This document shows positions 36,201-44,100 of a stretch of DNA of 58,483 bases, in pieces. Under the pieces are notes generated by a model that worked only from the letters and a program-made list of their open reading frames with translations, ran no database searches and was not told where the DNA came from. The position numbers and the translations under genes are program-made. This DNA comes from Sphingobacteriia bacterium (GTDB taxonomy: Bacteria; Bacteroidota; Bacteroidia; J057; RFSG01): assembly GCA_009924095.1 (NCBI GenBank), contig RFSG01000003.1, forward strand, positions 1 through 58,483, written 5' to 3'. How positions within the stretch are numbered: the first letter of the stretch is position 1; each line of letters opens with the position of its first letter.

Positions 36201-38084
36201 ACTTACAATCCTACGATAGTAGGTATTTTGAGTAATACTAGTAGGGCTTAGATTAACGCCAGTTCCAGGATGTGTAACCCAGGTAGCATTATCATTACTG
36301 CTTTCCCATAAATAGGTGTATATTCCATTTCCGCCTGCTGGGGGAGCACCCACAATCGTGGCACCAACACCTCCTGTACAAATAGTCTGGTTTGCGCTTA
36401 AGGTATTATTGCTAATGTTAGGATTAGCAGTAATTTGAACCATTGTGGAAGTATTTGAACAGGTCGCAGATACTACTCTTCGATAATAGGTAGTTGTAAC
36501 AATAGTTCCGAGCGTAAGATTCTGATTTATCTCTCCTGTAATTGTATTGTAAAAAAAGTTATTAGAACTACTTTCCCATTGATAGATATAAGTACCGCTT
36601 CCCCCTAATGGAACTGAACCTGTTAAGGCCGTAGGAGTACTTCCGGTACAAATAGTTTGAGCACTACCAATGGTATTATTGGTTACGACAGGAAACACAG
36701 TGATTAAAACCGAAGCTGAGGTAGAAGGAGCACACTGCCCCGAACCCACAACTCTTCGATAATAAGTTGATACTGCTAAAACAGGGGGCGAATAATTAAT
36801 GGCATTGCCTCCTCCAATATTATTAAAGGTTACCCCATTTGTGCTATTTTGCCATTGGTAAGTAAAAGTGGTTCCGTCTCCTCCGCTAGGTTGTGAGCCT
36901 GTTAAGGTGATAGGGGCAGTACCTGTACAAATGGATTGATCAGTAAGAATTGTATTAGCGATAATGGGATTATCTACTTGAATCGCTAAAATCAAACTGG
37001 TATTTCCTGGGCAAACGGTTGAATTTACAATTCTACGATAATAAGTATTTGCCGTTGGTGCTCCCGGGGAAAAAGCGGTAGTAGCAGCGACTTGATTCCA
37101 GGTAATTAAATTACTACTGGTTTCCCAAGCATAAGTAAAATTGCCATCCGCTCCAGTAGGAACAAGACCAGTTAATTGAGTACCCACTGAACCAATACAT
37201 AAAGCTTGACTGGCATTTACGACATTATTTCCTATGGGATTATAAACTGTAATCGGAATTGAAACTTGATTACTCAAACAACCTGTTACGGTATTGGTTG
37301 TTGCTACGTAAACCGTGGTGGAGTTAGTTGCATTAAAAACAAAAGGAGACCCAGAACCAATTTGAGTATTCGTAGGTTGATACCACAATACCTGATCTCC
37401 TCCAACTCCAGGAGTTGCACTCAAATTCACAGCACCAGAGCCACATCTTGCAGCACTTACTGTCACCCCTGTTGGATTTGGGAGTATTTCAACGGTTGCA
37501 ACCACAGGTAATCGGGGTGAACTTAAGCACCCAGTTACCGTATTTACTGTTGCAACATAGTATGTTGTAGTTACTGGTGGAGCTGGGGTAAAAAATTGTC
37601 CGTTTCCTAATAATAATCCTTGAGTAGGAGAATCATACCAATTCACTTGATTCCCTCCAGCTCCAAAAATGGCTTGAAGAATAGCTAAAGTATTGGCACA
37701 AACCGTATCCTCTACAATTCCACTTGGGGGGGCAGGTGCTGGATTCGGATTAATGGTTACCGCTACAGATACTGAGGTAACTGGAGACCCAACACATCCT
37801 GAATTTGTGGTGATTCGGCGAAAATAAGTATTTGCAGAAACTACTTGATTATAGTTCTGATTGGTAGTAGAAACTGCTGTCGTCCAGGTTATATTATTGT
37901 TTGAACTTTGCCAGGTATAGGTATTCGTTCCTGCGCATCCCGTAGGAATTGCACCCGTTAACACTGCACTTCCTCCTGAACATATGGTTTGGGCTGCCCC
38001 TATGGCTGGATTTGACAATTGAGCAGATACCTGCAAAGTTGTCAAAAACAATATTCCCAATAACCCAAGTATGTTAATCCTCAT
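30210..38084 (-). CDS. Giant cell-surface repeat protein (adhesin-like) with SprB repeats, PKD domains and a T9SS type-B C-terminal domain
   Basis: Has a signal peptide (MRINILGLLGILFLTTLQVSAQ) and 15 copies of a ~92-aa module. It also has SprB-type repeats (NPSCFGFIDGVISLTVTGGTLPYSYSWS) and PKD (WFWDFGDGNTS). The C-terminal gliding-motility CTD reads NVFTPNGDGVNDVFYP...FDRWGVKIFE...GVYFY. Confidence 0.9.
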   Translation of the reverse strand: MRINILGLLGILFLTTLQVSAQLSNPAIGAAQTICSGGSAVLTGAIPTGCAGTNTYTWQSSNNNITWTTAVSTTNQNYNQVVSANTYFRRITTNSGCVGSPVTSVSVAVTINPNPAPAPPSGIVEDTVCANTLAILQAIFGAGGNQVNWYDSPTQGLLLGNGQFFTPAPPVTTTYYVATVNTVTGCLSSPRLPVVATVEILPNPTGVTVSAARCGSGAVNLSATPGVGGDQVLWYQPTNTQIGSGSPFVFNATNSTTVYVATTNTVTGCLSNQVSIPITVYNPIGNNVVNASQALCIGSVGTQLTGLVPTGADGNFTYAWETSSNLITWNQVAATTAFSPGAPTANTYYRRIVNSTVCPGNTSLILAIQVDNPIIANTILTDQSICTGTAPITLTGSQPSGGDGTTFTYQWQNSTNGVTFNNIGGGNAINYSPPVLAVSTYYRRVVGSGQCAPSTSASVLITVFPVVTNNTIGSAQTICTGSTPTALTGSVPLGGSGTYIYQWESSSNNFFYNTITGEINQNLTLGTIVTTTYYRRVVSATCSNTSTMVQITANPNISNNTLSANQTICTGGVGATIVGAPPAGGNGIYTYLWESSNDNATWVTHPGTGVNLSPTSITQNTYYRRIVSSPPCLANTSVSMSITTNPVIGNNSITGAQTTCANTSTVTLTGTLPTGGSGTYTYTWESSTNNVTWVNIGQNTISYLPGVLTTSTYWRRIVNAPPCAASTSASVYVLVYPVLSNFNVSASQTICTGASPSNLTGPGPAGGTGSYAFQWESSANNNTWNFLPGEILSSLSPGSLTAITYYRRQLSSSPCIATSNTIQIDIDLPHANNVIGNDQTICTGAIPATLTGSLPTGGTGTLTYQWQSSSNNITFGPIVPNGTNQNYTSGALTATRYFRRIVNTGACSPLTSTVVTVQVDQLLGNNLIGNNSTICAGSAPLVTTGALPTGGSSPYNYQWESSTNNVVWNPIVGEILQDLTSPVLTNNTYYRRIVTGGACAGITSTSISIAVQPALGLNTIQPSQIICSGTSPQLLSGSTPSGGSGVYTYEWLSSTDNSTFTFITGANASTYSTGPLTQNAYYRRVVISGACNPSTTASQIITVQGLIGNNLIGTNQSICGGTTFTTLSGSVPSGGSGAYTYQWQTSSDNITWTSASGLTQQGVTGYVLNSNTYFRRVVSAPPCTASTSGVVTISVQPSVGNNIIGANQTVCAGGVPNPFTGVIPTGGNGVYAYQWESSSNNSSWTAITNQTNTGYTPGTLVVITYYRRMVTTGLCSPHSSNLITIQTDNFLGSNLIGTAQTICNGQLPGALTGSLPSGGTGVFTYRWESSTDNSTWGAASGITTNQSYSPPVLFSSFYYRRLVNSGICNSDTSSSVLITVEPFLSGNTIGTAQTICAGSTPAGFTATLPSGGSGTYVFQWQTSTDNATWANLAGQTNATYSSGSLSSFLYFRRLVTSGTCPNLPSNSVLITVQQGIGNNIIGVDQSICQGSAPNLITGSTPNGGIGFYAYGWEVSNDNLTWTNATGVSNNIDYLSGNLVATTYYRRLAISGVCSNSISNTVRVTVYQIPSVSVGNISICIGTFGTLSATPSSPGGGFVWSTGVVTQNITIGPLSNTTYSVIYTLNGCPSPSAVGLVTVNPLPVPVITSSGSTILCPNGSVGLTASGGNQYVWSTGLVSNSILVSSAGTFRVVVTDANGCVDSTFTSVTQPPPISITPNITNPSCFGFIDGVISLTVTGGTLPYSYSWSTNPIQTLNSAFNLGQGTYGVNVVDFNGCQGSATFGLTEPRPLAVTSSNNTIACTPLLNTGQASTFVVGGTQPYTYAWSTLPVQTTSGAFNLTPGSYTVRVTDARGCVIDDSVTLVTDLSPTVVASSDTFVCANSGGIQIHANATGGYAPYTYVWSQSSFIAAGSINNVNLQNPIANPDTSGWYYVQAFGSNGCPSSMDSLRITVYQLPIADAGPDVNFCQNAPGAFLIGNVLNPQGGYTVNWYPPNSGLYCDQCLTTYAQPTVSTIYTLVITNIQTGCKSDSTTLNTQSSVLVTVKDLPIVNAGRDTIICLGDSASLLGTVFGAGPLYTWEWSPIQFMDDRTLQNPHVASTSSTLYFVVATSEGCESLADSIYVDVIPYPIVAAGQQKNICRGDSIQLSGQVQQGVAQYFRWVPGTGLSDSTSLTPMGSPAATTTYTLYAYNQGCQGPPSSTVLIVKPVPQANAGPDTVICETADSIMLQGSFAGGYLPYDYQWTPNNNLSKDDIFNPMAKPLVSQYYYFTVSSGTLPDRCTTTDSVLITVIPSVKLQSSVDTTIICPGQAVNFQGSAGVGNPTFQWTPVLGVANPLQLNTTASPLVSTVYVLTASEGGCSESDTFNITVHPGLTAAFDLSQSSGCLPLEIKANDRSSGAISYQWILNGTQILSNEKDPVFTFKDAGDYRLTLVIRNQGGCSDTVTWAETIQAGQEVVASFLSDPPAPIEITGDQRQIYFKDNTPGASEWFWDFGDGNTSNIKDPTHVYAQPGTYQVTLKIRTNGGCEATTVGGPYTLKRAELSISNVFTPNGDGVNDVFYPDYTGDDQFYFQIFDRWGVKIFETRSRQQGWDGRDLNGQVSPEGVYFYTVKAGTRDLTGSISLVK
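33385..37245 (-). repeat. 14 consecutive in-frame copies of a ~92-aa (~276-nt) module inside the giant gene
   Basis: Each copy carries Q(T/S)IC.G..P..L(T/S)G..P.GG.G.(Y/F).(Y/F).W(E/Q)(S/T)S..N..(W/F) ... (Y/F)(Y/F)RR.V....C. I counted these by eye (FTYAWETSSNLITW through YAYGWEVSNDNLTW). One more copy sits near the N-terminus (NTYTWQSSNNNITW). Confidence 0.85.
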
Positions 38085-38254
38085 CCGTAAGTAATTTATA
38101 CATCTAACTGATAACAAATTTAAGGAATAGTACCATATTCTATATAGTTTGCCTCTGAATGGTTAAAGCATTGGATTGAGTAGCCAATTAACCTGCCTTA
38201 AATGACATCCTGAATCCATTTCTTCCCTGTATTTTACTAAAGAAATACGTTGTT

Positions 38255-39394
38255 TTACTTCAAAATACTTCTCGCAATCACCAATTTTTGAATTTCGGAA
38301 GTTCCTTCTCCAATGGTACAAAGTTTTACATCTCTATAAAACTTTTCAACTGGAAAATCTTTTAGAAAGCCATATCCTCCAAAAATCTGAACCGCTTCAT
38401 TTGCAATTCTTACCGCAACTTCAGAAGCATACAACTTAGCCATAGCTGATTCTTTGGTTACCTTCTCTCCCCTATTCTTTAAATCAGCAGCACGGAAAGT
38501 TAATAACTCAGCAGCCTCCAATTCCATTTTCATGTTTGCCAATTTGAATCCAATACCTTGAAATTCTCCGATTGGCTTACCAAACTGTTGCCGTTCCTGA
38601 GCATATTTAATACTTGCGTCTAAAGCTCCTTTGGCGATACCCAAAGCTAAAGCAGCAATCGATATTCTACCTCCATCCAACACTTTCATCGCCTGAATAA
38701 ACCCATCTCCAATTTCTCCAACTCTTTGACGGTCAGAAACACGTACGTTATCGAAAATAAGTTCAGAAGTATCTGAAGCTCTACATCCTAACTTGTTTTC
38801 TTTTTTACCATTGGTAAATCCAGGGGTTCCTTTTTCAATGATGAAAGTAGTCATGCCATGTGAATCGCCTTTTTCTCCGGTTCTTACAATCACTACAGCC
38901 ACTTGCCCTACTTTCCCATGTGTAATGAAATTTTTAGCTCCATTAATGATCCAATCGTCCCCGTCTTTTTTGGCGGTTGTCAGCATATTTCCTGCATCCG
39001 AACCAGTATTGGGTTCTGTTAAGCCCCAAGCCCCAATCCATTCCGCCGTAGCTAATTTAGGGAGATAAAGTGCCTTTTGTTCAGCGTTTCCAAATTGTAA
39101 AATATGTCCGGTACATAATGAGTTATGCGCTGCCATAGATAATCCAATAGAACCATCCACCCTCGCCAACTCGGAAATTGCAGTTACATACTCGTAATAA
39201 CCTAAACCTGATCCTCCAAATTCTTCAGGAACTAACATACCCATCAATCCTAAGGATCCTAAAGCTTTGAATATCTCAAGTGGAAATTCTTGACTTTCAT
39301 CAAATTCCATCATTACAGGCCTTATTTTTTCTTCAGCAAATTTTTGAACCGTATCGGCAATCATGAGCTGGTTTTCAGTTAATTGAAATTCCAT
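38255..39394 (-). CDS. Acyl-CoA dehydrogenase (short/branched-chain type)
   Basis: 379-aa protein with GAWGLTEPNTGSDAG, WIINGAKNFITHG, QFGKPIGEFQGIGFKLA and GGYGFLKDFPVEKFYRD, ending TIGEGTSEIQKLVIAR. Confidence 0.95.
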   Translation of the reverse strand: MEFQLTENQLMIADTVQKFAEEKIRPVMMEFDESQEFPLEIFKALGSLGLMGMLVPEEFGGSGLGYYEYVTAISELARVDGSIGLSMAAHNSLCTGHILQFGNAEQKALYLPKLATAEWIGAWGLTEPNTGSDAGNMLTTAKKDGDDWIINGAKNFITHGKVGQVAVVIVRTGEKGDSHGMTTFIIEKGTPGFTNGKKENKLGCRASDTSELIFDNVRVSDRQRVGEIGDGFIQAMKVLDGGRISIAALALGIAKGALDASIKYAQERQQFGKPIGEFQGIGFKLANMKMELEAAELLTFRAADLKNRGEKVTKESAMAKLYASEVAVRIANEAVQIFGGYGFLKDFPVEKFYRDVKLCTIGEGTSEIQKLVIARSILK

Positions 39395-39461
39395 GGAAGC
39401 AAGTATTGGAGTTTAAGAGTTGAGATTTATGATTAATAAATGCTAAAACACAAAATTAGGT

Positions 39462-39992
39462 TCAAAATTCCACAATCGAGTGGATTGGGCAATCAAATTG
39501 TGATAACGCTTCTTTTCCAGGTAAAAAACTAAGACTGGAAATAAAACTAAATCCAACTAATGTTGCCCCAATGGATTTCACCAAATGTGCCGCTGCTCCG
39601 GCAGTTCCACCCGTGGCTAACAAATCATCATGAATTAATACTCTATCTGAAGAATTTATATCATTTTTTGCCATCTCAATGATAGCTTCTCCATATTCCA
39701 AACTATATGACCTTTCAATTGTATCTGGCGGTAATTTTCCTTTTTTTCTCACCATTAAAAAACCTGCATCCAAAGCCAAAGCCAAACTAGGACCCACCAA
39801 AAACCCCCTACTTTCTATTCCCAATACTCGAGTAATACCCTTTCCTTTCCATGGTTCTGACATGGCTTCAATCATTTCCCTTACCATTTCAGGATCTATA
39901 AACACAGGACTTATATCTTTAAAACTAATTCCCTTTTTCGGAAAATCCTCAACTACTCTAAAGCGCTCTAGTAATTTCAATTCTATATTCAT
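39462..39992 (-). CDS. apt: Adenine phosphoribosyltransferase
   Basis: DFPKKGISFKDISP, GIESRGFLVG, and the PRPP-binding loop VLIHDDLLATGGTAGAA are present. Confidence 0.95.
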   Translation of the reverse strand: MNIELKLLERFRVVEDFPKKGISFKDISPVFIDPEMVREMIEAMSEPWKGKGITRVLGIESRGFLVGPSLALALDAGFLMVRKKGKLPPDTIERSYSLEYGEAIIEMAKNDINSSDRVLIHDDLLATGGTAGAAAHLVKSIGATLVGFSFISSLSFLPGKEALSQFDCPIHSIVEF

Positions 39993-41089
39993 TCAAATTT
40001 TAAATAGGGTGAAATCATTTGCCAAACGTCTGGCTTTACTCCATAAAGTTTCAACAAACTTTGCTGACTTACAAACCTTCCATGTTCTTCCCGATATCTT
40101 GAAATCAATTTGGCATTCTTTTTTCCAATTAAGGGATGTTGACTTAATTCTTCCTCTGTTTCTCGATTAATAAAAACATAACAAGTGTCTGATGAAAATG
40201 TACAGCTAATAAATGGAAGTGCTTTCGCAAACTCCATCCAAGTTAATGGACCCAAGGGCTCTTTCAATTGTTCAGGATTTAAGAAACACCGAATCCTTTT
40301 TCTAAAATCTAAAATCTTTATTGCATTCTTCCGTCCTATTCCTGGTATTGAACATAATTCTTCATATTGAATTTGATTTAAATCATATACCTTCTGAACC
40401 ATCACAACTTCCTCCCAATTATGGGGAATATTCTCTTTCACAGAATCTAACAAAACTGAGGCAAACAATACTTGGTTTATACTATCTACCTTTCCGATTC
40501 CCAAACCTGGTATTCTTTGTAGGTCAAGAGGTCCTTTTACCTTGCCTTCTTTGATTAGCCCACTTAGCTTCTGTGCTAACCATCCTGGCAAGTTTAACTC
40601 GTCTCGTAATGAAATGGAATCCCATTCCAACAGGGGTCGAATACGTGCATCTAAGTTCACCTCCCATGTTTTATAATCCCAATTCTTCTCGTACTTTAAA
40701 TATGTTTTAGACTTATAATCATAACCTATTTTACGATTGCAATTCCCGATATAAATCCTTCCTTTTTTTACTAAATCCTGAATCGCATTTTCCTTCCATC
40801 CATATATCCCTAATAACGCTTGGTAATTTTTAAAACATCCTATCCTAGCTCTGAATTTTACAATCCTTCCGGCTAACACCGGACCAATACTTGGCAATCT
40901 CTCTAATTGGATGCTGTCCGCCTGGTTAATATCTAAGGGTATGGTTGTATTCAGCGTAGATGTTGAACTCGTTACCTCGCTTAACTCCGGAACGATATCT
41001 TCAAACGCAAATTGAAAAATCCCTATGGTTACAAGCAATAAGGTAAGTTGACGATATTGCCGATTTGAAAGTTTCAGCCAAGCCTTCAT
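39989..41089 (-). CDS. Membrane-anchored protein with multiple helix-hairpin-helix (ComEA-like) motifs
   Basis: Has an N-terminal TM (LTLLLVTIGIFQFAF). At least three HhH units are visible: INQADSIQLERLPSIGPVLAGRIVKFR, LNQIQYEELCSIPGIGRKNAIKILDFRKR, INRETEEELSQHPLIGKKNAKLISRYREEHG. Its TGA stop overlaps the apt ATG (ATGA). Confidence 0.7.
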   Translation of the reverse strand: MKAWLKLSNRQYRQLTLLLVTIGIFQFAFEDIVPELSEVTSSTSTLNTTIPLDINQADSIQLERLPSIGPVLAGRIVKFRARIGCFKNYQALLGIYGWKENAIQDLVKKGRIYIGNCNRKIGYDYKSKTYLKYEKNWDYKTWEVNLDARIRPLLEWDSISLRDELNLPGWLAQKLSGLIKEGKVKGPLDLQRIPGLGIGKVDSINQVLFASVLLDSVKENIPHNWEEVVMVQKVYDLNQIQYEELCSIPGIGRKNAIKILDFRKRIRCFLNPEQLKEPLGPLTWMEFAKALPFISCTFSSDTCYVFINRETEEELSQHPLIGKKNAKLISRYREEHGRFVSQQSLLKLYGVKPDVWQMISPYLKFE

Positions 41090-41159
41090 GACTTCCCGAA
41101 ACTTACGATTTTTGTTTGTTTACTTAGTGGACATTGTTCGCCCCTAAATCAATAGAATC

Positions 41160-44100
41160 TTAATAAATCACAAAGGTAAAAACTCGAGCTACCCCTGATT
41201 TATCGCTTATTTTCAGTTGATAAGACCCAATGGGTATGCTGGACAAATTAACTTGATCAATCGGATTATCCCTATCCTCATGATAAACAATTCTACCCAA
41301 AACATCTGTTATTTCAATTTGAGTAACATTGATTCTGGACTTAATATTTAAGATACTCTCAGTTGTAATTGGGTTCGGATAAACATACTCCTGACTTTGT
41401 GGTAATGCCTCCGATTCAAGACCTACTGGTGTAATGAGGATGGTGGTATCCTTTACAAAAACCCCACAATAATCCGTAAGTGTTAAGGTAACTACAAAAG
41501 GAACGGGTTGACCACCGCCAGTAGGAGTATAAGTATGTTGAACAGAATTCAAAGTTGAAGAAGTGCCATCTCCAAAATCCCAGAGAATTGGAGATAATCC
41601 CGCAGGAATAGTAGCAAAATTTATTATCCAAGGAGAATTCAAATCCGGGGTATAACTAAAATCCAAAGTTGGTAAAGCAACAACTGGAACCCATAAGGTG
41701 TCATTTAAATTTACAGAACAATATTGATCCTGAACTTGCAATAAGGAATAGGTAGTAGATTGCTGAGGGGCAAGGGTTAAGATTCCCGGAGAAGCTGTTA
41801 TACCCGTAAAGGTTTGTGTTGAGATACCGTCAGAATAAGTTACTGTATATGGTGGTGTTCCTGTTGTAATCACAGAAAGTTGTAATAAACTTCCTGCACA
41901 AAGGGGTAAATTAGGCGCAGTTAACAATTGACCCGTTGGTATTGGGTTCACTGTTGCCACATAATTTTGAGAAAGTAGATTTTCACACAAAGCATCTTGA
42001 ATGGATACTAAACTATAAGTAGTTGAATTGGTAGGAGTAGTAACCCATTGCCAGGCTGTATTATTTATACCTGTATCTGAATATTGAGTGGTTCCATCTG
42101 TCCAGGTTAAATCCCAAGGACCTTGTCCGGATAAAGGTGCTGAAATTATAATACTATCTCCGGTACAAATAGCCTGACCACCTGACCATTGTGCTTGGGG
42201 TCGTGAATTTACCCATATTCCAATAGGACTTCCTGCATTTCCCGAACATAAATTATCCTGCAGATTTAACAAGGTGTACGTTAATGCCGTGGAAGGTTGT
42301 ATAGGTATTGTGAAAGGGGATGCTGTAACGTTGGATTGCGTAATTCCTGTACTACCATCACTATAACTAAAAGACCAAGGAGGTGTTCCGCCTGAAATAT
42401 TTAAAGTTAACATTGCATTTTGGCCAAAACATAAAGAAGATGGTCCTGATAGTTGACCACTTAAGGGAGTTCTTACCTGAATAATACGAGGCTGGGTTCC
42501 ATTCCATATCCCTTGCCCACATTGATTTTGAAGCCCAGTAAAGGTATAGGTCCGAGTGGTTGAAGGGGTTAGGGTAATTATATAAGGGCTTTGGGAAAGT
42601 CCTGTAACCGATTGAGTATTGACCCCATCACTCCATTGAAAAGACCAAGGTGTAGTGCCTTGAAGAAAGGTATATAAACGAACTGTATCTCCAGGGCAAA
42701 TATCAGATCTACCGCTAACCGCGCCCTGAACGGGATGATTCACTTGAAGCGCAACCGTGCCCGATGCTGATCCTTGTAAACAACCCGTACCGGCCACGTT
42801 TTGTAAGGTATAAGTGGTATTACTCAGCGGAGTAATCCCTATTAAATAAGGAGAACTCGTAATTCCAGAAACTTGAAGCGATGAAGTTCCGTCACTATAG
42901 TTAATCGTCCAAGGAGAATTTCCGGTTAATTGAATGGTTAAATTTCCAGCATTAGGGGTACAAATGGTGGAAGGGCCTGTTAACGTTGCGTTTGAAGGGC
43001 CTGCCTGAGAAACCACTGGGGTTCCGGAAACTTGAGCCTGAGGGCAACTATGAATTAAAGAGGTAACCGTATAAGTAGTTTGTGCAGTGGGGGTCACCGA
43101 AAATATATAAGGCAAGGAGGTAATTCCAGTAATGGTGGTTTGTACTGTTCCATCATCATATTCTATATCCCAAGGTTGATATCCTGAAGTTCCAAGGATG
43201 GATAGACTTGCCGATTGACCTGCACAAACTGTTTGGGTTCCAGATAAAACTGCTTGAGGACCAAAATCCTGAATAAATCTTATAAAGCCTGATCCACCGA
43301 TTTGTGTACAATGGGCATCACTTATCTGAACCGGAGTATAAGTTAAGGTATCAGATGGACCTGAATGGGTGATAAATTGGGAATAGGTGAATGGTGTAGT
43401 AGTAATTCCTGTAAGGTTGAAAGATTGAGTTCCATCTGTATATGTGACCTGCCAAGGGGAAACCCCAGTCAGGGTAAAGGATTCTGCTAACGTAGGTTGA
43501 TTACAAAAGTATTGTGCTCCTCCCGGAAAAGTAACCCCGGGTTGGCTATGTACTGTTAAGTTTACTTGTCCATTTAACTGTCCAGCTGGAACACAGGCGT
43601 TACTTACTTGAATCCATGAATAGGTTCTGGAAGACAATGGCGTTTCTGAAAAATAATAGGGGCTTTGAGTTAATCTGGTAAGGGTTTGTTGGGTACTGCC
43701 ATCTGTCCAGGTGAGTTGATAAGGAGAGGCTCCTGAAATAGTAAATGTTAATATTATCCCATTTCCTGAACAAACTTCTGAAGGGCCTGTCATTAAAGCA
43801 GAAAGCTGATTGCTGATTTGGACATTCGCACTTCCATTAATCCCTCCAGAACCACAGCTCCCAGAAAGGGATATGGGAAGATAAGTAGTATTAACCGTTG
43901 GGGAAACATTTACCAAATAGGGAGATTGGGTGATTCCAGATTGTGTGGTTGGGGTGGTGCCATCTGACCAAGTTAACGTCCATGGACTTGCCCCAGTGAG
44001 GGCAAAACTTAAGGTCTGCGTGGCTCCAGAACAAATTGTCTGACTTCCCGATAAAACAACCCCTGTAGGGGCATATACATTCACAGGTGCGACACCTGAA

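Noticed and set aside
30210-38117. Considered the ORFs nested within the giant gene on either strand (31226-31453, 33115-33351, 34335-34577, 37266-37511), and similar ones inside eno, carA, lpxC/fabZ, the M24-like gene, the TBDR and the second giant gene
   Set aside because: They are short, lie fully inside long well-supported genes (antisense, or in an alternative frame on the same strand), and have low-complexity or repeat-mirrored sequence. They are by-products of the repetitive, codon-biased host gene.
38085-38117. Considered the N-terminal extensions given in the ORF track for several genes (38085-38117, 28791-28820, 26210-26251, 4759-4830, 25186-25224, 50123-50128, 29564-29569, 49171-49182)
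   Set aside because: In each case a downstream ATG gives a canonical N-terminus (a signal peptide, or the conserved family start). The extension begins at a non-ATG codon or adds implausible residues, so I reported the shorter coordinates.
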